A stretch of 60,613 nt of DNA, filler included, from Perkinsus olseni (Eukaryota): assembly GCA_013115125.1 (NCBI GenBank). It is 12 parts of 12 records of this genome, joined end to end, with 100 filler letters (N's around TTAATTAATTAA, not from the genome) between each part and the next. Parts side by side here need not be neighbours in the genome. Positions count along the whole stretch, not along the records: positions 25,624 to 30,568 come from JABANN010001229.1; positions 30,669 to 35,584 come from JABANN010001230.1; positions 35,685 to 40,599 come from JABANN010001231.1; 9 more parts are not named here. One strand, written 5' to 3'. Each line of letters opens with the position of its first letter. The stretch's first letter is position 1. This document shows, one piece after another, positions 25,680-35,754 of the stretch. The notes beneath the pieces were generated by a model that did not search any database, was not told where the DNA came from, and saw nothing but the letters and a program-made list of their open reading frames with translations. Both the position numbers and the translations under genes were made by a program.

Positions 25680-26963
25680 CTACTCACGCAACCATATTTT
25701 GCAGGGGTCGGTGGCGACCGGCTGCACCGACCACCAACAGCCCTTCTCAGCTTCCCCGTGCCGTTGGTCGCCATCGCCAGTACTGCATGTGGCCGTCGTT
25801 GTCATCACTTCGTCACTGCCTGTCTCCACTATGACGTAGCCCTGGGTGAACCTGTCGTCGTTCGGGTCAGGGTAAGCGATGTCCTCGCTGCGATAGCTTC
25901 GCTCCGACTCGTCAACCACCGCATCTGCCGGCGAATCACATCGCGGACCCACAGCTGCTGCAGCCAGGGCTCGGCGGGCGTAGGTGTCTCCGTAGGTCTG
26001 GATCATCGCTTCTTGGATGTACAAATCAACGGCAGCTGATCTCCATCTCCCAAAAACCTGCACCTCCTCCCTCGTGAGACCCGCTCCCACAAGGAGCCAG
26101 CACCCGCCACGCCGCATTGAATGCGTACCCCAGTGATACTTGTCGTTATCCGTGACACCGATGCCTTGCAGATCTGACCGCAGGCACTTGAGACAGTCAC
26201 CCTTGGACCAGGGGCGTCCGTCGCCGCACGCAAAGAGATGTGCGCCGCCCTGATAGCCTGCGTCCTGCATCCACCTTGTGGCCAACTCTATAGCATGCAC
26301 CGGACATAGCATAGCTCCGGAGTTGCCCATTGCACAGGTACAGCTGTGGCTCCGATGGACTCCGATGCTCTGCTGGTCGGTCTTACTCTGTGGGATGTGT
26401 AAGGTAACTCGGCCAGCGACAGCGTCGATCTCGGCGTCTCCGATCCTGACTTCGACCAGTTCGCTGACGCGCAGCATGAACCAGGCACCGACCACGTAGG
26501 CGACCGCACGCAGTTTGCTCATGGTACCGGTGGCGTTCCTCATCATGGCGGCCAGTTGTGCGGCGGTGAGTGGACGCACTTGCTTAGCAGGGCCAATGCC
26601 CCGTGCGCAAGCGCGCTTCGCCCGCTTCATGGCCTGCTTCTCGGCGACGCCCAGGAGGTACCCCGCGGCCGCACTGGTTGCCGCTGCTTGCTGGATGTAT
26701 GCGTATGCCGACCGATAGTGACAGTGTTTGAGCACCGCGGCAACCTCCTCAATCGACCGGACCGTGAGAGGCATTTCATCATGGCCCAAAGCCAGGGTGA
26801 GTTTCTGCCATAGTCGTTGTCGTGACCTCCTTGGTGCCTTCGACGACGGCGCGTAGACGTCGTCCTCCAAAGCCTTCATCGCTATGCCCAACCTTGTCGG
26901 TGAACTCGCAGTTCTCACGGCTTCTTCCGCTTTGCTGAGCTTCCGACCAGGGCGTGGTGACAT
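25680..26963 (-). CDS. Tyrosine recombinase
   Basis: FMLRVSEL (R), SKTDQ (K), LCPV, HSMRRGG (H-x-x-R), GRWRS...LY (W, catalytic Y). Confidence 0.93.
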   Translation of the reverse strand: MSPRPGRKLSKAEEAVRTASSPTRLGIAMKALEDDVYAPSSKAPRRSRQRLWQKLTLALGHDEMPLTVRSIEEVAAVLKHCHYRSAYAYIQQAAATSAAAGYLLGVAEKQAMKRAKRACARGIGPAKQVRPLTAAQLAAMMRNATGTMSKLRAVAYVVGAWFMLRVSELVEVRIGDAEIDAVAGRVTLHIPQSKTDQQSIGVHRSHSCTCAMGNSGAMLCPVHAIELATRWMQDAGYQGGAHLFACGDGRPWSKGDCLKCLRSDLQGIGVTDNDKYHWGTHSMRRGGCWLLVGAGLTREEVQVFGRWRSAAVDLYIQEAMIQTYGDTYARRALAAAAVGPRCDSPADAVVDESERSYRSEDIAYPDPNDDRFTQGYVIVETGSDEVMTTTATCSTGDGDQRHGEAEKGCWWSVQPVATDPCKIWLRE

Positions 26964-27128
26964 ACTGCAGGAACGAAACGAAAGGAACTACGGAATCACC
27001 CTCCAAGGAGCTCATGTCGATACCCTGGCCCAGACCGCAGAGGCCCGAAGGGCCGAGGCCCTGGCGAGGTGAGCCGAGGCAGCAAATAACTACAACGCAA
27101 CGACTGAGACCACTGGACACTTTCACAG

Positions 27129-29291
27129 CTATCTCAGATCTGATCGCGGCAGGCTGGCGGCTCCGCACAGAGAGAGCCTCCAGAAGCTGTCATCCCGCGC
27201 AGCACAGAAGTCACGGGGGACACCTCCCAGCTCGCTAGGCACGGCTGACTCGAGGGATCCCTCAAACCGGCGACTTAAGCTGTCAGCCAAGTAGTTCAGC
27301 TTTGACGGCACATGCTCGTAGAGAACGTGTAGCACCCTCACATCCACGGCCGCATCCAGCGCAAGATCTCGAACTACCGCGTTAATCGTTGGCGACCGCG
27401 ACCTGAGCCTCAGGGCCGCACCCAGGGCTGACCTTGAGTCGCTCTGGCACACGATACCGACTGTCGACGGGAGCCGGTTCTTCCACAACCGTAAGGCTAT
27501 CAAGATGGCCAGCGTCTCCCAAAGGGCCTGGAACTTGGAGTTGCCTCGAGACGCACTGAACTTTCGAAGGTCGTCGTCGGACACCTTCTCGCTGAACCAG
27601 CGAGCGAGCTTCCCGTCCAAGACGAGGATACCACCATATCCTGTTGTGCTCGCATCCACCACAATTGCAGCAGAAAGGCTCGGCCGGCGGAACCTCACGT
27701 CGAAGAGGCGACGAAACCCGAAGCTCGACAGTCTCTCCGAGGACCGAGCGGCCGCGAACAGAAGGAAAGCAAGGATCCACTGTAGGCTTGTGCGAATGGG
27801 CCCCATCGCTACCCATGCCGACTCAGTTTTGCCGACTACCGACCAGACCGGGGACAGCAACGAGTACATGAACGGTGTCACCTGCCCCATCCAACAGCAC
27901 TTGCCGCAGATCTTCCGCAGCAGCGTAGACGGAGCCCTGCCACCCAGGGATAAAGCCTCTTGAAGCAAAGGAATGGCATCGTCCAGCTTACTCTGCGGAA
28001 CCGCGACCGATATCCCGGAAGGCTGGAGCTCGAAGTCGAACCCGACCCACCTAACCTTCCTACCAATCATGCCTTTGTGGTAGGCGAAGGGAATGCCGAT
28101 AGCCCGCCAGAGTACCAGAGCCACCAGGAGTAGGATTCGGCGGGCGTTCTTGGAGCACCCTCGGACTACAAAGAGGGGATCGTCCATAAACGTGTTGAGG
28201 CGCAGCTCGTCGCTGGTGAACAACAACTGAGCGAACCGTGCTGCCTGTGCCATCGTGCGACACCAAATAACCGGAGAGCTCGCCACTCCAAACATAAGCG
28301 TGTCGAATACCCAGTAGGAATCGGCGAAGAACACCACCTGAAATTTCAAGTCCTCCCGCTTTACTGGGATGAGCCTGAAGGCGGCTTCCACATCTATGCT
28401 GAATAACTCCAGCGACAGGCAACCCTTCTCGTCCACGCTAGAGCCGCGGTCACAAAGGTCTAGAACATCGGACACCACATCTTGCACCCGTGGAAGGAGA
28501 ATGTGTTCGTCGCAATTTACACACCGGTTAAGAGCGTTGGCGCGGGCGTCCGCTATAATACGGTACTTAACGGGGTCCGTATGCGGCTTCGGACGCAGAC
28601 CCAGCTTAGTAAGGGCGACATCGGCGGAACCCACGTAGGAGGAGACCTCGTCCATTGACGAGAACCTGTGGCAGAACCCTTTCTGCTCCTCGGCTTCCAA
28701 GAGGCTTAGCGTAGTGTCCCGCAGGTCCTCAGCTGAGGCATAGTTCGACAGGTCAGAGCCTTGAAATGAGCGTAAATAATCGGCTATGTCGACGCCGTTA
28801 CCATCACCTTCGCTGATCTCGCCGAGCGAGGGTTCGGCATTGGCCTCAGAGCAGTGAGGAAAGACATACCGATAAGGAATGGCGGACTCGATACCTATCG
28901 AGGCGCCGGTAGACAACCAGGAGGGAACAGCATCGTCCACATCGTGAGCCTTCTGCTGCAGAATAGACCAGAGCCGACCGCGCAACGGTGAGGCGGCATG
29001 AGAAGGAAGTTTGTCGGCCTCATCACCGCCACATTCCTCGACGATGATGGACCTTGCTTGCTCGACCACAGACTCAGATATCGGCGAAAGGGGCGATGAA
29101 GACAAGACATTTGATAGTTCAGTGAAATGGCACCGGACCAGCTTCTCCAACCTCAAACGGATATGCCGGAAGGCCACGCGACCATCCGGCATCAACTTGG
29201 TCGACTCGTACGCTCGGCGGAGGCCACCGACACAGACTGCCGGGTTCCGCAAGAAGGGCGGATGAGGACTTGGAGAAGTGGTCGGCGGTAG
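27129..29291 (-). CDS. Reverse transcriptase-RNase H, in frame with gag after one TGA
   Basis: RT motifs IDVEAAFRLIPV, LMFGVASSP, FMDD, WVG; RNase H motifs VDASTTGYGG, ETLAI, SDS, NYLADSLSR. Confidence 0.92.
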   Translation of the reverse strand, partial: LPPTTSPSPHPPFLRNPAVCVGGLRRAYESTKLMPDGRVAFRHIRLRLEKLVRCHFTELSNVLSSSPLSPISESVVEQARSIIVEECGGDEADKLPSHAASPLRGRLWSILQQKAHDVDDAVPSWLSTGASIGIESAIPYRYVFPHCSEANAEPSLGEISEGDGNGVDIADYLRSFQGSDLSNYASAEDLRDTTLSLLEAEEQKGFCHRFSSMDEVSSYVGSADVALTKLGLRPKPHTDPVKYRIIADARANALNRCVNCDEHILLPRVQDVVSDVLDLCDRGSSVDEKGCLSLELFSIDVEAAFRLIPVKREDLKFQVVFFADSYWVFDTLMFGVASSPVIWCRTMAQAARFAQLLFTSDELRLNTFMDDPLFVVRGCSKNARRILLLVALVLWRAIGIPFAYHKGMIGRKVRWVGFDFELQPSGISVAVPQSKLDDAIPLLQEALSLGGRAPSTLLRKICGKCCWMGQVTPFMYSLLSPVWSVVGKTESAWVAMGPIRTSLQWILAFLLFAAARSSERLSSFGFRRLFDVRFRRPSLSAAIVVDASTTGYGGILVLDGKLARWFSEKVSDDDLRKFSASRGNSKFQALWETLAILIALRLWKNRLPSTVGIVCQSDSRSALGAALRLRSRSPTINAVVRDLALDAAVDVRVLHVLYEHVPSKLNYLADSLSRRFEGSLESAVPSELGGVPRDFCAARDDSFWRLSLCGAASLPRSDLR

Positions 29292-30554
29292 TCAGTTGCG
29301 GGCCGGAGCCTGTGGCTTTAGCGGAGCCATTCCGCTACGGGATGACGCAGCACCGGGTGGCTGTTGGTTGCCCGACACTCCCTGAGCCGCTGGTGCGGGG
29401 GCGGTAGCCTTGGTACACCCGAGCTCACCGCGAGGAAGCGAATGAGAACCCCTGCAACCCAGGCAAACGTGCTTCCTACCATTGGGGCAAGGTGTGCCAT
29501 CCGGCACGGGGCAGGCCCCGGTCTGGTAGGCATAGCAGACCTCACGACGCCTACGACGAGCGCCTCTTGAAGCTGCGTCCTTCGCTGCCGCCGGGCCATT
29601 ACCGTTGCCACTGTTGTTGTTGTTGCCGACGTTGTTGTTGCTGACGTTGCTGGCGCCCCCCGAGGACTGAGCTGGGGGACCCCCGGCCGCTAGAATACGT
29701 AAGACGCAGAGGTCGACGTGCTCTCGCCAAAATGCCGCGTCCTCAGCCGCCAAGGCGAGGGCCGTTCCCCAGCTACAGTTCGGCCTCTTATAGCTGACCA
29801 ACTTCGACGAGCGCAGTAAGTCGTCGGCACGATAGACCAGGCCCCAGTGCATCGGGAAGGTGTCGTGGAGGCGCTGGATTGTAGATGAGTATACCTCGTA
29901 ATTGGCCAGAGACCCCTCCTTCAAGACCAGCATACCGAACTTGAAGACACGAAAAGAGTCGCGCCAGGCCTCATACGACGGCAGCCCTGGTTGAGATACC
30001 TTCTTGAACTCGCCATCAGCATTCACAACCCAAGCGGACTGGCGGGCTTCGCGTAAACGATGCCTCTGGTTCGTTTGCCAGACCTTGAAGTCGCAGTACG
30101 GGATGTCGTTGTCCAGAAGTCGAGATCTCAGGGCTGACAGTTGCTCTCGCGTTGGCAACCACTCCGAGTTGATGTTGCCGTACACGCTAACAAATTCCGA
30201 GACTCTCTCGGAGTAGGTGGCCGGGGAGAGCAAGTCGAAAAACCCCTCGTCTGCTTCGTCCAGGAAGGTCGCAAGTCGCAGCCGCTTCGAGGCCACCGCT
30301 GTATCCCCGGGCTCTGCTCCCGAGCTCGCGGGGGACGTAGGAGAGGTCTTCATGACAGCGGGGAGACCGCAGTGCTCCCTACACATGTCGAAGAGTAGAC
30401 CTATTCGAGCCTTCGGGACAGCTCTCAGGTTGGACGCCTCCAGGAAGACTGCGACATCCCGGGGGTTAAGGAACCCGAGGTCGCTCACCAGAGAGATACC
30501 ATCCTCCTTACCCGAGAGTTCGGAGCAGGCGGTCTTCCAGGAGGCCGCATCCAC
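29292..30554 (-). CDS. Gag-like ORF1 with C-terminal Cys/His zinc finger
   Basis: CYAYQTGAC-X6-CPNGRKHVCLGCRGSH, plus the 'WGLVYRADDLLR' type core seen in Ngaro-like ORF1. Confidence 0.8.
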   Translation of the reverse strand: MDAASWKTACSELSGKEDGISLVSDLGFLNPRDVAVFLEASNLRAVPKARIGLLFDMCREHCGLPAVMKTSPTSPASSGAEPGDTAVASKRLRLATFLDEADEGFFDLLSPATYSERVSEFVSVYGNINSEWLPTREQLSALRSRLLDNDIPYCDFKVWQTNQRHRLREARQSAWVVNADGEFKKVSQPGLPSYEAWRDSFRVFKFGMLVLKEGSLANYEVYSSTIQRLHDTFPMHWGLVYRADDLLRSSKLVSYKRPNCSWGTALALAAEDAAFWREHVDLCVLRILAAGGPPAQSSGGASNVSNNNVGNNNNSGNGNGPAAAKDAASRGARRRRREVCYAYQTGACPVPDGTPCPNGRKHVCLGCRGSHSLPRGELGCTKATAPAPAAQGVSGNQQPPGAASSRSGMAPLKPQAPARN

Positions 30555-32761
30555 CCTCGCGTGATCCANNNNNNNNNNNNNNNNNNNNNNNNNNNNNNNN
30601 NNNNNNNNNNNNTTAATTAATTAANNNNNNNNNNNNNNNNNNNNNNNNNNNNNNNNNNNNNNNNNNNNATAGATCACTTAAGCCTAGCAGTAGACAATAT
30701 CACAATACATTGCGTGGCGAGCGACAGCCGACACGACAACAGTGTGTCTAATGAATGCGGAAATGTTTTGGCGCAGCTCTCATGGCGACATTCAGTGTGT
30801 TGTGATCACAGCGGGCTGACCGTAGTGCGCATCCCAACTCTCGGTACTCAATGACATGACATTTACAGAAACCATTCAAGAAGCACACACAACACTTGCT
30901 TAATTGCCACGGGTAGCCTTCAATCGGAGAAACGAGCCTTTTTGCACCTGTAGTACTCCAGCTTCACTTGAGCGGCCAGGTGTTTTGCCCGAGCTGCTTC
31001 CATAAGGACGTTAAGCTCTCTAGCTTAGCTCTCTGCTTTTCTGAGCTTGTCATCCTTTTCGATCTCTAGTACCTCCCTCTTCGATCATTCTCCGACAACA
31101 TTGCAGCAGAGTCTTCCCTTCCAATCTAGCTTGTCGCCGATGAGGCTGGCGGTGCCATAGACTGCTCCCATCCCCATACAGTCAAGTGCATCTTCCTGGG
31201 ATCCAAAGCGAGTCCCTCTTGCGCAACTGCCTTTGAAGGTAATCGGTGCTCAATGATTGAGCCTCAATCCAAGGATCGAACCCTAGTCGTCACGGGGCGA
31301 GGATGGAGCCTTAACGAATCAACCAGCTCATCTTGCTAACTCTTCTAGCATGTTTGGCTCTGGTACACCTCGCGAGTTCGCCGATCTTGCTCCTTAATTG
31401 CTTTTTCAGGTGTACTTAACTACGCCTTGAATTTAGGAACTCCTCAAGGTTCTCCTAAACCTTGTGAAACAAGTTAAGAACTTAAGTTCTCCTCTAGTAA
31501 CTCCTTAAATTGATCCTAAACTTGAGGCGCAATGAAGGAAATGAAGGGTCCTTCCCATTGGGAAGGACCAATAATGGTCCTTCCCAATGGGAAGGACCAT
31601 TATTGGTGAATGAACAGCAGCGTATGAAAGGAAATCAACGACGTTACAGACATCGTCACCCGTAAAGAGTGGGTCGTTGTTCATTGCCACCATCAACTCC
31701 TGTTCGCCCTCCACTCCCGACTGCTTCACTAGACGTCACGAGGAGATACGGTGCGAATAGGATGATAACGAGACACTTGGCGGGGAATGAGCACTCGAGC
31801 TACTCGCCCTGAAGGAGGAGAAACGATCCCGAGCTGCGAGGTTACAGTGCTGTTCATCGACGCTCACCGCGTCACTATCGTGAGCATGAACATGGCGCCA
31901 CTGGCGCCGCGCCACCTGCCGTTATATCGGAATAGAGTTAAAACACTCCCGAACGAAACTCTCCAAAAATGAGAAACATGCAGAGTGAGAAAGGCTAAGC
32001 TCGCAGCGACGAGGGCTCGTCGAGCTCAGCACGGAATGGGCAGAGGAATGAATCCCAAGGCAATCATAGAGAAGGGACAGGGGAACAGCGGGGATACAAC
32101 CATTGTCTGCAGCCGACTGCATCTAAACTGAATCTATGATGAGCACACAGGTGAACGGCGCCAGGGTCGGCCGGACCTGCAGATCTGAGCTCAGGTGGGT
32201 TACGGAACGACAGAACAGCATCCGAAACGTTGCCACAGGCGGCAACTCACTCAGTGAGTCTTTCGACTATCAGACGGTGGGTAATTTAGGCCGCATAGTA
32301 TGTGGCACATAGTGACGTTGCCTCTGTTGCATAAGCTCGCTTACGATTGATGCTCTTCGAGGAGTTTCCTCAGCACACTGTGCTGAGCACAGGACCTGTA
32401 CTGAAGAAACTGCCTGTACGACAGCCTGTCGTCGACAGGCGAGTATTGCTGGTCAAAAGTTCTATCCTGAACCATTCAGAGGCAATTCGAGGCACACTCC
32501 AGTGATGAGCGTCACGACGTTCTGAACGTCGTTTTGAGCGTGCCCGAATCGTAACTCAGGACCGCCGTGATGAGGCGTTAGCTCAGGTGGGAATTCTGGC
32601 AATGCTCTCTTCAAGCTAGCGCTCTTCGCAGCACGGAATCAACACCCCGCGCGAGTCTCGAGATCAATGGGCTCGCGATATTCTGTTCTCACGAGACAGA
32701 GAAAGAAAGAAGCTTATCGCCGAAAGTGGTGTAGAGTATACGCGCCGAAAGGTCGTGGACG

Positions 32762-32812
32762 AGAAATTGATGAGCAAAGGGTAGAAGTTCTACCCTTAGC
32801 TCATCAATTTCT
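32762..32812. repeat. 51-nt near-perfect palindrome (25-bp arms, one mismatch, 1-nt centre)
   Basis: AGAAATTGATGAGCAAAGGGTAGAA-G-TTCTACCCTTAGCTCATCAATTTCT. Confidence 0.9.
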
Positions 32813-33445
32813 ACCGTAGAACCCGTCTCTCTCGATAAGGAGGCTAAACAGTAAACCTAAGGAGTGCCAGATGAGGAGGCTCTCTGTGCGCACCTAAGCA
32901 GAGGCCAGTTGAACTAGCACGACTGTTGGCCGAGTTAGTAAAGCGTCATGTCGCTTTTCGAAAGCCCGTGGCAGTCCGCAGTTTCCGAAGCTCGCGGACC
33001 CCGTGCGATGATCGTACGCGATTTTACAACGATCGCTATCCCTGTCGATAAACTCCATGCATCATCGAAGCCCTCGATTCGAGGGTGATACATCAGACTC
33101 TGTCAAAGTTATGCTGAGGATCAGAGGTATTCCTCGCGAAATCCACTTCACAAGTGCACAGGATAAATCACTAAGCTAGATGAAGTCGCACGATTACAGA
33201 CAAGAGAAGCTTTCCGGTCGCCCCGCAAGATGCTCCCACTCAACCAAATTCGCCACAGTTTCCAATTGAACTGCCCTCTACAGTTCAAGGTTACCTATGG
33301 GGCCCCTCAATGGGGTGCTATAACAGACCGACCGAATGGGGCACGGCATAAAAAAGTTTCGAGTCTCCGCAATCCTCGCTCGCGCTTTGAGCTTTCGGGA
33401 GGAAAGGGGAAAAAGATAGTGATGCTCATTCGAGCTAAAACCCAA

Positions 33446-33988
33446 CTAGTTGTAACAGGGGCATGTAAAAGATGAGCCGCTGCAGTATCCGTAAGTAGCT
33501 CCGGCCGGGCCTGGATAGCATTTGCTGGCTTTATCGATGAAGGTCTGGCAATACTTATCGGCACCGGAATTGGTGCAGCGGACAGGCGTAGGGGTGGTCG
33601 TCGGGAGAGCCTTCTCGCAGCGACACTCAGAGTCGGCATTCCAGTCTATGAACTTACATTTGCGAACTTCCTTAGGGGACATCTCGTAGAGTTCGCATTT
33701 GGAGGTAACACCGTATGCGTCCTTGCAGTAGTCGTCGCCGTATTTACAATCCTCGTGTGGATTGGGATCCTCACACAGGCATGGGGTCTCCGTTTTCCAG
33801 TCGTCGATGAAGTTGCAGTACCTCACCTCAGTCGGCGACTGCTTACGAATCTTGCAAGAATAGACATTACCGAACCTTCCCTTGCAGAAACTATCGCCGA
33901 CGTCACAGTCGCCGCCGTGAACAGGAGACCCTAGTAGAGTTACGACCAGGACAACGACGAGGTAGAAGCTGTTCAATGATACGGCCAT
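33446..33988 (-). CDS. Secreted Cys-rich protein with three repeated 6-Cys modules
   Basis: Signal peptide MAVSLNSFYLVVVLVVTLLGSPVHG. Repeats of C..GD.(F/Y)C...(F/Y)....C...C...C.C, with a Thr/Pro linker before module 3. Confidence 0.8.
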   Translation of the reverse strand: MAVSLNSFYLVVVLVVTLLGSPVHGGDCDVGDSFCKGRFGNVYSCKIRKQSPTEVRYCNFIDDWKTETPCLCEDPNPHEDCKYGDDYCKDAYGVTSKCELYEMSPKEVRKCKFIDWNADSECRCEKALPTTTPTPVRCTNSGADKYCQTFIDKASKCYPGPAGATYGYCSGSSFTCPCYN

Positions 33989-35493
33989 CGAGATGAAGAT
34001 ACTTACAAAGTGTCAGACTTGAACCCGAAAATATGTGTTACGCTAGAATATAATGTGGCCCGCTGAGTCGCGACTCGCGACTTGGCAAGTCGGACTTGCC
34101 ATGACTTAACACTGGCTGAACTATAAACTCACACACACACTCGTCACGAGCCCAGAACTCGACAGGATGCATATGTAAGCGATATGAGGAGATGTGCATG
34201 GACTGTAGCTGCGCTGCACCTGCTGCAGTGCAGATCTTTCCGCACGCGAATCCTCAGCGTGGACTGTCCTTACTTTCATATCGAATTGACTCAATTCAAT
34301 TGAGAGAGAAGGCCTGCGAGGAGCAACGCCATGTTACCCGAAGCAACGCCACGAGGTGTTTGGGTGCAGAACTCTCGTCACTTCGAGACCGGCATTCCCT
34401 CCCAAGGAGTTTCCACTCGACCTCGTTGAGCGACGACTGCGCGTGACGTGACGTGGTCGAAGCCGTGTCACGGGGGGGGCGTGATGCTTTGCGTGATTAT
34501 AGGGCACAAGACGAGTCGGAGAGAGTCATCAACTGAGTTCGTTATTCGGGTGATCCTCCTATTTTTGAGCGTTTTGTGCGAGCGACTTCTTCCGTGCACG
34601 TGATTATGGATTTCACTCCGTAAGGTTCGGACTGCGACAGATGGAGCGTTCGACGAGCATGTCTCATGCCCGTGCCTATGGTTTCAGTCCAAAACTCGCT
34701 ACAGCGCAACTCTAAAAGAGCATCTCAGTCGACTCGACTCAATCGAACAAAAATTGGTACGGAATAGTTGAAAAAGGACCATTTGCACATTCTACGGAGT
34801 CGACATGTGATAAAGAGCGAGGAGCAGCGAGAAGCTTTGAAATTGAAGACAAGGGCGTTTTATGAACGTACGTGCGCTAGTGAAGCACTTGAATGTGGAA
34901 GCGAATCACCTACTCCGCTGCTGCTGTCTTGCTGAGTGACTCAGCCTGAGTCAGCAATGCTGACACGTGTGGCACATGATGTGCCCCACAGTACTCATCA
35001 GCTCTGGTTAGGTACATTCTTCTGGACCTATGTCGGTCGGTCCACCCAACTGTGAGCCGGACGATTCGGCTGCGAGTCGCGACAGTAATTCGCGCAAAAT
35101 CTGGCATCGCTCAAAGACAGACAGAGCTCGTTTATCGGGTCTTCGATAGGATATCGGGCCCTCCACCCTGGTTACCAACCACTGATTGGGGCCCACAGAG
35201 AGTAAACTACCCAGTCCACTAGACCGCCTCGAAAAACTAGCATTTGCTAGCTTCCCTCGGGACCCGAGGCTCTGGTTCATCTCATAGTCTACGAGTCATA
35301 AAGGCCGTATGGGAACGGTCTACCAGTGACCTATATCTTTGAACCGAGTAAAAGAGCAATTGCCCAAGGTATTGGTCACCAAATATATAGTTATTTGGTT
35401 AGTCTTTTCGCTAGATGGAACCTCTGAGTGCGGGTACTGGGAACCTCCCGGTGGGGCCCCCCCCCGGGGGGGGGGGCCCCCCCCCCCGGGGGG

Positions 35494-35531
<38 letters not shown>

Positions 35532-35684
35532 GGGGGGGGGGGGGGGAATAGAGAAAAATATATATATTTTTTGATAAAAAAAAANNNNNNNNNNNNNNNN
35601 NNNNNNNNNNNNNNNNNNNNNNNNNNNNTTAATTAATTAANNNNNNNNNNNNNNNNNNNNNNNNNNNNNNNNNNNNNNNNNNNN

Positions 35685-35753
<69 letters not shown>
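35685..35753 (+). repeat. (AAC)n microsatellite at scaffold start
   Basis: Pure AAC run. Confidence 0.95.

Positions 35754-35754
<1 letters not shown>

Larger units (their letters stand above)
25680..30568 (-). mobile_element. Tyrosine-recombinase retrotransposon (Ngaro/DIRS-group): gag, RT-RNase H, YR
   Basis: Three co-oriented ORFs in gag, RT/RH, YR order. No methyltransferase domain seen. Termini are not captured in the scaffold. Confidence 0.92.

Noticed and set aside
35450-35584. G/C homopolymer tract as a G-quadruplex or Gly-rich ORF
   Set aside because: It lies at a scaffold end and looks like a low-quality read tail.
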